In this document: piece after piece, positions 36,911 through 47,049 of the stretch
Position numbering within the stretch: position 1 is the first letter of the stretch
How the letters are laid out: every line of letters begins with the position of its first letter
Origin: a virus
Lineage: Duplodnaviria > Heunggongvirae > Uroviricota > Caudoviricetes
IMG/VR virus record: IMGVR_UViG_2706796243_000001
Strand: one strand, 5' to 3'
DNA length: 64,000 bases
Notes under the pieces: generated by a model
Told to the model about the DNA's origin: nothing
Database searches by the model: none
What the model saw: only the letters and a program-made list of their open reading frames with translations
Translations under genes and position numbers: made by a program

Positions 36911-38920
36911 TCAAAACGGCGTATCCTCATCCATGTCTGTTGGTGATGGGAGCGATACAGGGGCCTCAACAACCGGAGCAGGGACGCTTACTTTCCCAAC
37001 AGGAGTCTCCAGTTGCAAAGAATGTACTAAGCCTTCAGGACGAAGCATGATTTCGCCATTCAGTTTAAACATTCCGTCTTCCCATACCCATCCAGATGCA
37101 TCGGTGAATTGACCGTTTTCATCCATGATCATAGTGTCTGCGACACCAAGTTTTTTGTGTGGGCGGTTCTTCATCACAACCACACGCACACGTCCACGAG
37201 AGCGGTCTGGTAGTTCTTCTGGTTCAACCCCCAATACAATCCAGGAAAGCTGTTCCAGTGCAGCAGAACCACGCAGGTCTTCTTTACGTACAGGATACCA
37301 GAAAGGCAACATATTACCGTCTTTATCCTTCGGTAACTGAAGCTCCTTACGCTTCATGTGGCTAATACTGAGAATGAACACATCATACTGCTTACAGAAT
37401 GCCGCAAGCTCGGTCATGATATTATCCAAATCTCGGCGTTCATTGTCTGACTTAAGACCGGAGATCACCATCGACAGGTGGTCAAGGATAATCCACTTAC
37501 AACCATCAAGGAACACCATCTGTTTCAGCTTCTGAATCAACTGATCAGTCGGGATAGAACCGAAGTGGTCAAAGATCTTAATCTTGTCCTCAGCAATCCA
37601 CCGTTGGTGAATGGCAAGGTGCTCTTCCTCAGTCAGGAACTGCTCAGGATCTGCAACAAATGCTTTCGGGTCAACTTTCAACTCTTCAGCATACAGGCTG
37701 TTTACAGACTCTTCTTCATCCTCTTCCAGGCGAATGATTGCCACTTTCTCGTTCTCAGTCCACCCGTCAAGACGAGGAATATCCATATTGCGAAGATAAT
37801 CCACAATTGCATACTCGATCTTACGGGAGATGGTAGACTTACCACCACCTGACGGGCCTGTCAGTGTCCAAAGCTCTCCAGTACGTGGGCCTTTTGTCAA
37901 CTCATAAAGTCGAGGCATACCCGGTAATGGAACACCATCTTTCTTCTTCTTACGAAGGTTCTCAATGGTGATATTGCTCAGACTGATCAGTTTGTCAGGG
38001 ACATACCTGTCTTCTGCCTTGGAAAACATGTTCCAGATTTCACGACCCTTCCCAGCATCGTACATATCTCGAATATCTTTAACACCAGCCGGATCGTTAC
38101 GTTCATTAGGGTAACGAGCTACAAAGATATTGTCTGACAGCAAGAATGCTGCAACATCATCTGTCGCTTCCTTACCTTTCTTGATTTTACGTTCCTTTTC
38201 CAGCGCTGTTGCTTCATCGTTATCAAAACCAAGAACTACTTTTTCGTAACCACGGATAAACTTCTCATTGTTAGCGAAGGTGTCAACTGCGTTAGCTGTG
38301 CCACAGTTTAATCCGACAAAAGGCAGTGTCGGAATACCTGCAACTTCCTCACCGTTCTGAATGGCAGTGATACCTTTCAGAACACTTGCCGCCCAATCCT
38401 TCACCCCTTTCGGGGCATTGGGGCTTGCAGCTAAAGCTTTGACAAAATCAAAACCCGCCTGCCACCCAGCAGTCACATCACCTTCACCCTCAACAACAAA
38501 AATCTGTTTACGACCATCGCCCATAGCAGCTTCATGCTGACCAAAGAACTGAGATGCTGCCTTTACAGTGCCGACCACAGAGAAGTGTCCCTTCTTCTCT
38601 TTTGGTAGTGTCCAGTCACGTTTCTTATAACCAGTAAGCTTACCGTACTTATCATAATATGGCAAGTAGGTTGCTGTAATGGTTACACCGTCGCTTGCTG
38701 AAACAGCAGACCGGATTTTAAAATACTTCGCTGCATCAAGCGAGAGACTCATTTCAGGAACTGCCAGAATACGGGTGCCATTGACTACAGATTCCAGGGT
38801 CTCTTCTTCGCGCTGCTGATAACTCACTCTTCCTCCACGATTGCCGTTATTGCCAAATCTTTGTGCTTTCGGGTTTTCCTGTCCACCTTGTCGATAAGCC
38901 GAAAAATCAAAATTACTCAT
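36911..38920 (-). CDS. T7 gp4-like primase-helicase
   Basis: TOPRIM VVEGEGD, GFDND; Walker A GPSGGGKS; IILDHLS, ISH, DLRGS; start moved to ATG 38920 (GGAGG SD). Confidence 0.93.
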   Translation of the reverse strand: MSNFDFSAYRQGGQENPKAQRFGNNGNRGGRVSYQQREEETLESVVNGTRILAVPEMSLSLDAAKYFKIRSAVSASDGVTITATYLPYYDKYGKLTGYKKRDWTLPKEKKGHFSVVGTVKAASQFFGQHEAAMGDGRKQIFVVEGEGDVTAGWQAGFDFVKALAASPNAPKGVKDWAASVLKGITAIQNGEEVAGIPTLPFVGLNCGTANAVDTFANNEKFIRGYEKVVLGFDNDEATALEKERKIKKGKEATDDVAAFLLSDNIFVARYPNERNDPAGVKDIRDMYDAGKGREIWNMFSKAEDRYVPDKLISLSNITIENLRKKKKDGVPLPGMPRLYELTKGPRTGELWTLTGPSGGGKSTISRKIEYAIVDYLRNMDIPRLDGWTENEKVAIIRLEEDEEESVNSLYAEELKVDPKAFVADPEQFLTEEEHLAIHQRWIAEDKIKIFDHFGSIPTDQLIQKLKQMVFLDGCKWIILDHLSMVISGLKSDNERRDLDNIMTELAAFCKQYDVFILSISHMKRKELQLPKDKDGNMLPFWYPVRKEDLRGSAALEQLSWIVLGVEPEELPDRSRGRVRVVVMKNRPHKKLGVADTMIMDENGQFTDASGWVWEDGMFKLNGEIMLRPEGLVHSLQLETPVGKVSVPAPVVEAPVSLPSPTDMDEDTPF

Positions 38921-39450
38921 AATCCTCCATAGCAATACTCTTTTTCCCACAACTCTCTTTGCTGAGAGGCTTCATTAAAACTCTCAAAATTTTTAAGGAG
39001 AACTTTTCCGTCTACGGTTATCCTTGCCCTCCAAGGCTTTGATGGATAACCTCTATCCCAAGAAACCCCTCTTCTTGCAGAAGACTTGTTGGAAGAATTA
39101 GGCATGTTACCACCACCTTTACGAGTATTTGTACCTCTTGTAAGGAGTTGTAAATTAGTTATTCGGTCATCGGCAACACCGCCTGTCTCCCTTAACGATT
39201 TGATATGGTCAACCTGCAATCCTTTTGGGATTGGTCCGTGGTGAAGCAGCCACACGATAACATGCCTATAACACCTGTACCCTTGAAAGCGTATAGTGCA
39301 ATATCCCTTTCCAGATATTGATCCAGCTTCCTTGCCAATAACTGCCGCTGGATGATTGTGGTTTCTACCTGAGAAGGTGTTTACTTTCCAGTACAGCTTT
39401 CCGTCTCGGTACTCCACAATGCTGCCCCAATCCGGACCATTCCCCATCAT
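38917..39450 (-). CDS. Free-standing HNH-AP2 homing endonuclease
   Basis: HVIVWLLHHGPIP..QVDH...NLQL...N plus RGVSWD...WRARI AP2 domain. Confidence 0.88.
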   Translation of the reverse strand: MMGNGPDWGSIVEYRDGKLYWKVNTFSGRNHNHPAAVIGKEAGSISGKGYCTIRFQGYRCYRHVIVWLLHHGPIPKGLQVDHIKSLRETGGVADDRITNLQLLTRGTNTRKGGGNMPNSSNKSSARRGVSWDRGYPSKPWRARITVDGKVLLKNFESFNEASQQRELWEKEYCYGGL

Positions 39451-39456
39451 CTCTCC

Positions 39457-39603
39457 TTAAAACGGCCTAACAACAACAGCAATATAAAGTCCATCCTGGA
39501 AGGAAATACCACCTTGGATGTGATACCCCTTCTCAAAAAAGAAATTCAAATTATCCTCCAACTTTTGTAGGGTTGAAGCTTTTGCGATCACCACATTTTT
39601 CAA
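39457..39603 (-). CDS. 48-aa protein not in the ORF track (DUF1737-like)
   Basis: AGGAGG SD, TTG start; LEDNLN.F..KGY.IQGGIS pattern. Confidence 0.65.
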   Translation of the reverse strand: MKNVVIAKASTLQKLEDNLNFFFEKGYHIQGGISFQDGLYIAVVVRPF

Positions 39604-39611
39604 CTTACCTC

Positions 39612-40277
39612 CTAATCCATATCAAAAGGTGCTGTAGGTACAGTGAATGAAGTACCTGAATACCTCGCAACACCCGAAATTCGAAACTGATCCATGAAAC
39701 ACTTCGCTGATCCCTCACCACCCATCACCCTTGCAAATGATGAAGCTGTACTCCAGCCGCCAGCAGATGCTTGCGATACAATGCGGTTTCCGTTCACATA
39801 GAACTGGAGATTTGTCCCATCGTAAACAATCGCGATGTGGTTCCACTGGTTCGTCGGTATGCGTGACAGTGGACCAACCTGTACAGAAGCAGAGTTATCC
39901 TGCAAATAAATAGTTGACTGATAGGTTTTTAAACAGGAAGAAGTTCCTGTGTTAAAGTACATCCACCAGGTTGCACTATCGACTGCCGTGTTGTACGACC
40001 AAAACTCAATCGTGAATGGATCACCTTTTGCAAATGCAAGATCAGGTTTTACTGTTCCAGACATTTGAAAACCACCATTGCGGCAGTCAAACGAATATTG
40101 ACCAAACTTAGCCTGCACTGTACTTTGTCCAGCAGGGGTCCCGTAACTTGTGAATGCTCGCGACGGGTTTGCTTGATCTATGGGGTAGATGCCACTCACT
40201 TTGTCAGCCTGTAGCAGCATACGTGTATCTCCATCTGATGGCCCTGCTCGACCACCAACTAATAATAACTCTTTCAC
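39612..40277 (-). CDS. LamG/concanavalin A-like lectin-domain protein
   Basis: FTIEFW, WNHIAIV..G..L.FYVNG, MDQFRISGVARY....VPTAPF. Confidence 0.8.
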   Translation of the reverse strand: MKELLLVGGRAGPSDGDTRMLLQADKVSGIYPIDQANPSRAFTSYGTPAGQSTVQAKFGQYSFDCRNGGFQMSGTVKPDLAFAKGDPFTIEFWSYNTAVDSATWWMYFNTGTSSCLKTYQSTIYLQDNSASVQVGPLSRIPTNQWNHIAIVYDGTNLQFYVNGNRIVSQASAGGWSTASSFARVMGGEGSAKCFMDQFRISGVARYSGTSFTVPTAPFDMD

Positions 40278-40287
40278 TTAGCCTCAC

Positions 40288-40980
40288 TTACTGGTTGGAA
40301 TAAAAAACCGCAGCAGCAAAACCACGGGGTGTTAAAGAACGTATCAGTTTTGTTTTGGCAGACTTTCCTCCCAGCTTTTTATGCTGTTCTGAGTAACCCT
40401 TCGCTACCGCAACGGGCTTTGCGGGTGGCATTTTAAAACCATTACCCGTCCAAAGACACGTCTTTTTAGGGTATGAGTCTCGCGGATTAATATACTCAGG
40501 GAAGAACGGATGAACATCATCATGGGGTAGATAACCCCCATATTCATACGGATGGAACATGTGGTTCGGTCTCCTCCATTTGGAGGACAGAACACTCACA
40601 GGGTTCTCTATCATGTATGGACACCCGTACTTATCTCCTAACATTGCTGCAACCTTAGCTGTATTCACGGCTTTGACCTGAAAAAGAGGGTCTTTGGCTG
40701 CTTTTGAGGCAAAATGAGCAGCACCGCTAACTGCCATATCGGTACATGGCGGAAATGCAAAGATAATATCTGGCTTAGGAATCCCATCTTTCTCTGGATC
40801 AAAACCCTCATCGATCCAAGAATTGACATACTGAATATTAGGATGCTTAACCCTTACCAACTCATAACCACCATGATCCCCAGCATCAAAGTTGAAGCAG
40901 TACACCTTATAACCATTTTTAGCATACTCCCACCCCATGATGCCGGAGCCATCGAAAAGGCTCCACACCACTTTATTCAT
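40288..40980 (-). CDS. DNA (cytosine-5) methyltransferase
   Basis: SLFDGSG (motif I), AFPPC (IV), IENP (VI), RSLTPRGF; start moved to ATG 40980. Confidence 0.85.
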   Translation of the reverse strand: MNKVVWSLFDGSGIMGWEYAKNGYKVYCFNFDAGDHGGYELVRVKHPNIQYVNSWIDEGFDPEKDGIPKPDIIFAFPPCTDMAVSGAAHFASKAAKDPLFQVKAVNTAKVAAMLGDKYGCPYMIENPVSVLSSKWRRPNHMFHPYEYGGYLPHDDVHPFFPEYINPRDSYPKKTCLWTGNGFKMPPAKPVAVAKGYSEQHKKLGGKSAKTKLIRSLTPRGFAAAVFYSNQ

Positions 40981-40987
40981 ACGGACC

Positions 40988-41242
40988 TCAATGAACAACT
41001 CGCTCTGCTGCACCATTGACCACCTGGAACTGGTGAGCAGGTGTAAGGCCGCCATCAGTATTAAGGACAACGTTTAGTGAATTATCGGATTTTACCATTG
41101 TAAAATTCATCCAACCTTCGGCTTCGTGCTGCCCCATGAGGACAAAACCTTCATCAATAAGACCTGCCAGAATTTCTTCAGCCTCTTCTTTCTTGGTCTG
41201 CTTCATATTGAATTCAACCAGTTTAACTTCACTTTTTGCCAT
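40988..41242 (-). CDS. Hypothetical protein
   Basis: 84 aa; TAATG coupling. Confidence 0.65.
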   Translation of the reverse strand: MAKSEVKLVEFNMKQTKKEEAEEILAGLIDEGFVLMGQHEAEGWMNFTMVKSDNSLNVVLNTDGGLTPAHQFQVVNGAAERVVH

Positions 41243-41532
41243 TAGAATTCCTCCTCACGATGGAAACAACCTTCGATCTCTGCATTACGCAGATGTTCAC
41301 GTAGGTGATGGTACATGACATCATCTGGAATGTCAACGAGGATCTGGGTGCCGTTTTTGAATACAGCATAATGTTCTAAGTCCTGAAAACCATTGTAATC
41401 CCAATCGCTCTCTTTGCTGTAAAAGTCCGGCTTCTGAACAGTATAAAGTGCTTCTACTGCAACCACACCTTCGGTTGGGTGCTTGTACTCAAATTCAATC
41501 TCGACTTTACGGGACTTACTCATCTTCTGCAC
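41242..41532 (-). CDS. Hypothetical protein
   Basis: About 93-96 aa, in operon. Confidence 0.65.
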   Translation of the reverse strand: MQKMSKSRKVEIEFEYKHPTEGVVAVEALYTVQKPDFYSKESDWDYNGFQDLEHYAVFKNGTQILVDIPDDVMYHHLREHLRNAEIEGCFHREEEF

Positions 41533-41845
41533 CTTCGTAGCGGGTTAGGGTTAGCTGGGAAATACCCAGTGCAATACAAGTCACAGACTCAACCACAAAA
41601 GTCATGTGGTAATCAACCTCTCCCTGCATAGAGGATTGTTCAAGATTGACAACAATAAAGTCGCCAACCCCCGGTGCCTGTTGATCAATAGCAAGGAAAA
41701 CCATTGCCTCTGCATACTCCCCATCATCAATCATGCGAAGAGTAATATCATGCCCTGCTTCACGTTTTGTGAAATCGAACACATTAACTTCACGATGAGG
41801 TTCTTCCTTCTTGGCAAACAGCCAGTTAAATAGTTTTTTCAGCAT
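41516..41845 (-). CDS. Hypothetical protein
   Basis: 109 aa, in operon. Confidence 0.65.
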   Translation of the reverse strand: MLKKLFNWLFAKKEEPHREVNVFDFTKREAGHDITLRMIDDGEYAEAMVFLAIDQQAPGVGDFIVVNLEQSSMQGEVDYHMTFVVESVTCIALGISQLTLTRYEGAEDE

Positions 41846-42011
41846 TTTTACGCAACTCCAGTTCGTCTTTAATTGACCACAAATGCAACAAGGCTTTTGT
41901 CATGTGACGATGCGCCTCGTTATAATTATCATTAGCCACATCTCGAAGTTTCAACAGTTTTTCTGTTGAAACTTTCTTCAGATCAGAAAAATCTTCAACT
42001 TCAAATGTCAT
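41826..42011 (-). CDS. Hypothetical small coiled-coil protein
   Basis: 61 aa, overlaps both neighbours. Confidence 0.6.
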   Translation of the reverse strand: MTFEVEDFSDLKKVSTEKLLKLRDVANDNYNEAHRHMTKALLHLWSIKDELELRKNAEKTI

Positions 42012-42435
42012 AAAATTTCACCCATAATTTTTGAGATTTAATACCTGAACCACCTGCATAGCGGGATTTATCACGCTGTACAGACACCTGCTCCACAATA
42101 CGGTTTTGAAGAGCGAAGCTTAAACGATCAGGAATCTTTCTGAAAGGGTTACCACGGAACATTGCATTATTGTGGTATGACACCGCATCTTCCAGGGAGA
42201 TAAAATCATTACCAGAAAGGGACTGGTAACCAAAACGACCATCTGTAATGTTCGGATATTGTGGAACACGACGAGGAACGTAGCCGTATGCTGACATCAT
42301 CTCATCAAGAGAGGCCATTTGGATATGTGTAGTATCCTTCGGTGGCTTCAACGCACTTGCGGCTGGGGCGTTGTTCCAATCTTCAAGTTCCTTTTGGAAC
42401 TTCTTGACTAACTCATTTCGAGAGTATGATGCCAT
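42001..42435 (-). CDS. Hypothetical protein
   Basis: 144 aa; AGGAG SD. Confidence 0.7.
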   Translation of the reverse strand: MASYSRNELVKKFQKELEDWNNAPAASALKPPKDTTHIQMASLDEMMSAYGYVPRRVPQYPNITDGRFGYQSLSGNDFISLEDAVSYHNNAMFRGNPFRKIPDRLSFALQNRIVEQVSVQRDKSRYAGGSGIKSQKLWVKFYDI

Positions 42436-42446
42436 AATTTTATCTC

Positions 42447-43754
42447 CTATTTACCTGGGAAAGTCTCTTCATAAAATCTTACTATACGTTGGTCAACAAT
42501 AATATCCTTTTCTTTGACCTTTTTCAATAGTCTTAATCCTTTAGCTGATGTAGCCCTGCTGAAAGCAACATAAGCCATACCGGGTGCAAAAGCGCCATAA
42601 CCAAAGTCTATATTAAGTTCAGGTAAAGTCAAGCCCTGCGCTTTATGAATTGTGACAGCCCAGCCCAAACGGATAGGGAGAGCACGGTATTCACCGATAG
42701 TGATCTTCTCAATCTCTTCGGTTGTTGTACCATCAGAATTCCTGACCTTGATTGGGTTATATTCCACATTCTCCCACACATAGGCATCTACATCAACTAC
42801 TTTCCCACAGTCCAAACGAACCTTCACACTATCCTTACCGAGTTCGATTATCTCTCCACGGGAACCATTGACATACTCTGGCTCATCAAAGCCTTTAGGG
42901 TCGTTTACTGTAATCATTACCTGTGCTCCTTCCTTCAGGTAAAGCTCTTCAGGAACAGGTTTTTGAGTAAACTCACCAGATTTCTTCGCAGTGTACAACG
43001 TAGGCAACCCAGGGACCTCATCAAAACGCTTCTTGTTTACTTTATCCGCAGCAGCATTTGTAGATGTGATCGTTATGGCATCAAGAGGCTTGCCATGATC
43101 ATAACAATGCGTGTTCATGAATTTAACAATTTCTGGAATCCGCTGTCCACGACGCAGACAATTAAGCATCGTTGAGAAATGGACACTGCTCTGGCGATAA
43201 ACTTTTTCAAGTAGTATTGGATAAGGATTGAGTTCCTTCCAAGTATCTGAGAAACAAGCCAATTCTGTGTAATGGAACTGGAAATACGTCTCCTTTTCTG
43301 TCTCGGTAAGGACGGGCGGGTTCTGGAAGAAGTCACCAAACATGCAGATCTGCAAACCACCAAACGGCTTATTTGGTTGCTTTCTTGCGAGTCGGCATTT
43401 CATATCCATTTCCCACAACTTATCAGCCCTGAACATACTGATCTCATCAATGATGATGATCTTTAGCGCTTTACTCTTCAATAGCCGTTTCACTTTCGGC
43501 TTAATCTCTTCAGTATCCTTTTTGGTAGCAACCCCCATTGTAAGCCCAAACGCACGGTGTGCAGTCATCCCATTGACGTTAATGGCAGCAGCCCCCGTAG
43601 GGGCTACTGTGAGGACTGAACCTGCGTAGAGCGATTGGATGGTCTTTATGGTGTAACTTTTGCCGCTACCACCGGGTCCCGTAACGAATACGTTATCCCC
43701 CGACATGACAGCACCAAGGGCAGCTTCAACGCCCACACCAAAATCTGACATCAA
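42447..43754 (-). CDS. Pif1/RecD/Dda-like SF1B helicase
   Basis: GPGGSGKS, APTGAAA, IIIDEISM, FGDFFQNPPV, TIHKAQGLT, YVAFSR. Confidence 0.92.
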   Translation of the reverse strand: MMSDFGVGVEAALGAVMSGDNVFVTGPGGSGKSYTIKTIQSLYAGSVLTVAPTGAAAINVNGMTAHRAFGLTMGVATKKDTEEIKPKVKRLLKSKALKIIIIDEISMFRADKLWEMDMKCRLARKQPNKPFGGLQICMFGDFFQNPPVLTETEKETYFQFHYTELACFSDTWKELNPYPILLEKVYRQSSVHFSTMLNCLRRGQRIPEIVKFMNTHCYDHGKPLDAITITSTNAAADKVNKKRFDEVPGLPTLYTAKKSGEFTQKPVPEELYLKEGAQVMITVNDPKGFDEPEYVNGSRGEIIELGKDSVKVRLDCGKVVDVDAYVWENVEYNPIKVRNSDGTTTEEIEKITIGEYRALPIRLGWAVTIHKAQGLTLPELNIDFGYGAFAPGMAYVAFSRATSAKGLRLLKKVKEKDIIVDQRIVRFYEETFPGK

Positions 43755-45037
43755 TCCTCCTTAGTTTCTTCTTCCAGGTAAATCTCTTCCAGAATTTCCC
43801 CCATCGTCCCGATAACCAGCACATCCGGCGCACCAACGGGTTTTTCTGCACCTGTCAGGACTTCATAACGGCAGCAACGACACTTCTGTTGGTTGTAGTC
43901 GTAAGGTACACTGACCACATCAGCAGGGTTAACCGCAACCTCAATCAGTCCGTTGCCACCGAACCCACCAGCATACTCTAGAGAGGCGATATGCAGACCC
44001 TGGCTACAAGTTTGGTTAGGGTTATCTTCCACCATGTTTCGAGGCATGGAAATGATTTGCCCTTTATAGTTAGGAACCTTTCTTGTGTAGCTATCGCGAG
44101 GTCCATCGGTTGTGATGGTGATCTTTTTATATGCCTTCACATCACCGTTCTCAAGAATCTCAAGATCGTTGTGCTGAATAAAGTCATACAGCATTTTCAC
44201 AGACGCATAAGACGGGTTGTGCATCAGCTTCTGCATGAACTTAACATAACGGTCATCGAACGTATCATTCTTAATGTCGTTAAGAATGCGATCAGCCAGG
44301 GTGCTTTCCTGTTTCTGACCGTGCCAGTACAGAACGCCATCCAGCAATTTAAGGTCAGGGCCGAGATCGACAACCTTTTCAGCCTTGGCTTCTTTACCTG
44401 CTTCGATCAGCGCGATAGCCCCTTCGATATCACCCTCAATCAGCAGTAGACCCACATCAGGGAAGATATCGTTGTCACGGTTGATGGTGTGCTGAGTACC
44501 ATCAGGCATCGAGATGCAAACATTGCCGGGAGTCATGATGACCACAGGGTCTTTCTTCTCAACAGTCTCTTCGTCGAAGTACGTCTTCGGCTCGGACTCT
44601 TCAACAACCACAGTCACAGGAACCTTGTGTGGTTCAGGCAACAGGGTTACAGTGGCCTCGATATGCAGATCGGTAACGTCAAAGACGACTTCCCAGCGCT
44701 TCCCCTGCTTACCGAGGTCTTTAACCACACCCTCGTGTTTATCACGACCATCGGATGTTTTCGCATGATCAATGATCTTCGCATTCTTTTTCCCTTTTGC
44801 AAAATCACGGGCATCACCACGGCTTGCGAAGAACTGTGAAGCCTGAGCAGGCTTGGCTTCCGAGGTGAAACTCATATCTACCTCTGGGGGCTTAGATGCC
44901 CCTTGGCTGTCTTTTGGTACAACCATCCAGCGCCCGGTTGCGAGTACAGCCGGAGACAAACCACGGTCCACGACCTTCATGCCGTTGTCTGCTGCAAACT
45001 TACGCGCTGCGCTACGGGATACGAATAACTGACTCAT
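43751..45037 (-). CDS. rIIB: rIIB-like protein
   Basis: LYDFI.HN...I..NG...AYK, MPR.MV..NP..TCSQGLH, VNPADVVSVP.DY...K.RCC.YEV. Confidence 0.9.
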   Translation of the reverse strand: MSQLFVSRSAARKFAADNGMKVVDRGLSPAVLATGRWMVVPKDSQGASKPPEVDMSFTSEAKPAQASQFFASRGDARDFAKGKKNAKIIDHAKTSDGRDKHEGVVKDLGKQGKRWEVVFDVTDLHIEATVTLLPEPHKVPVTVVVEESEPKTYFDEETVEKKDPVVIMTPGNVCISMPDGTQHTINRDNDIFPDVGLLLIEGDIEGAIALIEAGKEAKAEKVVDLGPDLKLLDGVLYWHGQKQESTLADRILNDIKNDTFDDRYVKFMQKLMHNPSYASVKMLYDFIQHNDLEILENGDVKAYKKITITTDGPRDSYTRKVPNYKGQIISMPRNMVEDNPNQTCSQGLHIASLEYAGGFGGNGLIEVAVNPADVVSVPYDYNQQKCRCCRYEVLTGAEKPVGAPDVLVIGTMGEILEEIYLEEETKED

Positions 45038-47028
45038 TTAGTTTCTCCTTTGCTATCAATAAGTTGTCGATACTCAATCATCTCTGGTGTGTTGAAGTGC
45101 TTCAGGTCAACATACTTGAGCAGCGGGTATCGAGATTTTTTAACTTCCAAAAGCTTTTTACCAATACGCATACGTGCATTGACAATCCTTTCAGCCTTTT
45201 TCTCCAGAGCGTAATATCCCTTGATGTTCGAAAGCGAATAAGACATGTTCACTTTAGGCTTATACTCAGGGTCGGTTTCAACTTTAACCCCAAAAATACC
45301 AAGCTCCTTCACCAACTGGCGATAAGTTGATGAGCAATTGGTTCGCTGGTTCAGATGATACTCCATGAGATTCTGTTTTGCAAGCTCATAAAGGTCATCT
45401 TTGGTAACGATCCTTGTTTCATCAGGTAACCAGCCACTGCGATTAAGAGGCACAATATACATCTTGCCCTCGACCCCCAAGTCCTTCAGGAAAGTCTCTG
45501 GCTGTTGTTTACGGTGCAGATACTGAACAGCACCAAGATCACAATTACCCTTCACCTGTCCACCACTGTAGATCATGGCGGCTTCGATATCATCAAAGTC
45601 GGCGCGAGAAATACGGTCGCTCTTGATAGAACCATCTTGGTCGATAACCCACACTTTGTGACCAGGTTCGTACAAGCCATAACCACCGTACTTCTTCTCA
45701 CCCTTCACGACAGGACGCTTCTCAAGGTCGGAAAGTTTATGCACCATTCCAACGAAGAACGGGTCTTTCAGGATCTCCAGCGCCTCAATACGTTCCGTAA
45801 CGTAGACACGTTTGAAGCAGTTCTCAGACAGCCAGTTACATTTGGTGCGGATGCACTTACCGTCATCGTTGTAAACCAGTGGCGAACCGTTCATAAGGTC
45901 AGCATAACCGTAAGTCTTGTCAGTTTCACGGCGAGTACCCTTCTCACCATAAGTTATGCACTTGTCAATACTGAAAGTCCCAAAGTGGTCATGGAACTTG
46001 TCTGCGATAAACCCCGACCCGTAACGGGTTGAGAAGTAGCCACCGACACGCTTCATATACTCCAGCACTTCTTTCAGTGTAGGTAGCTGCTTAAGCTCTT
46101 CCACGACTTCCTGACCACGTTTTTCAATAGCCTCAGTAACAAACTTTTCGAGGCGATCACGGAAACCACGGTCATTCTTACCTTCGATGGTCCATTCACG
46201 ACCAGGGTTCACATCACAATCCCCGATAGGAATAGAAACCATCATCATAGGCCAGTTCTTATTACTGGACAGATAGTTCGACAGATAAGGTTGCTGGCCC
46301 ATCACAACCACGCTGTCTGCATTGCGGGATACGGAACCGTACATTTCCAGCATCCAACCTGTTTCTTTGTCCTCATAACGATACTGAACCGGGTAGGTTC
46401 GGTCATTGATCTCAGAGGTCACAAACGGATCATTGATCTCATACGGGAATTTTGCATACCGCAGGCACTTCACGATTGCCTGGCGATATTTGGAAGTCTC
46501 AGAAGGATCTACGTTGAATTTGATTTCAACGCCATTTTCCTCTGTAGTCTTCGACTCGTGCAGAGGAACAACCTCTGGAATACCCTCATTCTTATGCACC
46601 GAGTAAACAGTTTTCATACCGTTTTTGACGGAGGTGACCGTAAACATGTCGGTCACGGTGAACGGAGCCTTAGAGCCGATGCCTTTGGCCCCAATCAATT
46701 CATTGGAGTCACGCTTAGTGGAGGTCCCCAACATCATGAAGGTCTGTGTAACCATGTCGAAGTCCATACCTAAACCACCATCCCGGACGGAGTACCAAGG
46801 CTCCAGGTCGGTTGGGGAGTGGATGATAATCGGCTTATCACGGCAACCAGCTTCCGTGTGTGAGTCAACAGCGTTGAACAGCGGTTCACGCACCGCCGCC
46901 AGAACTTTGTCGTTATAAATACCGTCGATAAGAATACTGAAAGTCTCAGCATTAATCGCGATCCCAGCCTGATAGCGCTGTACACTACCGGATACTTGGA
47001 CCTTCTCTTCGGCACGTTGGATTATCAT
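45034..47028 (-). CDS. rIIA: rIIA-like protein (GHKL ATPase N-terminus)
   Basis: IY.DKVLAAVRE...NAVDSH, RD.G.GM, STKRDSN..IGAKGIGSKAPF. Confidence 0.92.
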   Translation of the reverse strand: MIIQRAEEKVQVSGSVQRYQAGIAINAETFSILIDGIYNDKVLAAVREPLFNAVDSHTEAGCRDKPIIIHSPTDLEPWYSVRDGGLGMDFDMVTQTFMMLGTSTKRDSNELIGAKGIGSKAPFTVTDMFTVTSVKNGMKTVYSVHKNEGIPEVVPLHESKTTEENGVEIKFNVDPSETSKYRQAIVKCLRYAKFPYEINDPFVTSEINDRTYPVQYRYEDKETGWMLEMYGSVSRNADSVVVMGQQPYLSNYLSSNKNWPMMMVSIPIGDCDVNPGREWTIEGKNDRGFRDRLEKFVTEAIEKRGQEVVEELKQLPTLKEVLEYMKRVGGYFSTRYGSGFIADKFHDHFGTFSIDKCITYGEKGTRRETDKTYGYADLMNGSPLVYNDDGKCIRTKCNWLSENCFKRVYVTERIEALEILKDPFFVGMVHKLSDLEKRPVVKGEKKYGGYGLYEPGHKVWVIDQDGSIKSDRISRADFDDIEAAMIYSGGQVKGNCDLGAVQYLHRKQQPETFLKDLGVEGKMYIVPLNRSGWLPDETRIVTKDDLYELAKQNLMEYHLNQRTNCSSTYRQLVKELGIFGVKVETDPEYKPKVNMSYSLSNIKGYYALEKKAERIVNARMRIGKKLLEVKKSRYPLLKYVDLKHFNTPEMIEYRQLIDSKGETK

Positions 47029-47049
47029 CCTTCTCTCCTCTATTTGCAG

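Noticed and set aside
34812-38920. Inteins in the polymerase or primase-helicase
   Set aside because: No C/S...HN-C/S/T splice signatures or LAGLIDADG blocks; the long polymerase insert looks like a thumb/linker expansion
43991-46918. Long + strand ORFs opposite rIIA/rIIB (45505..46032, 46291..46773 and others)
   Set aside because: Antisense shadows caused by codon bias
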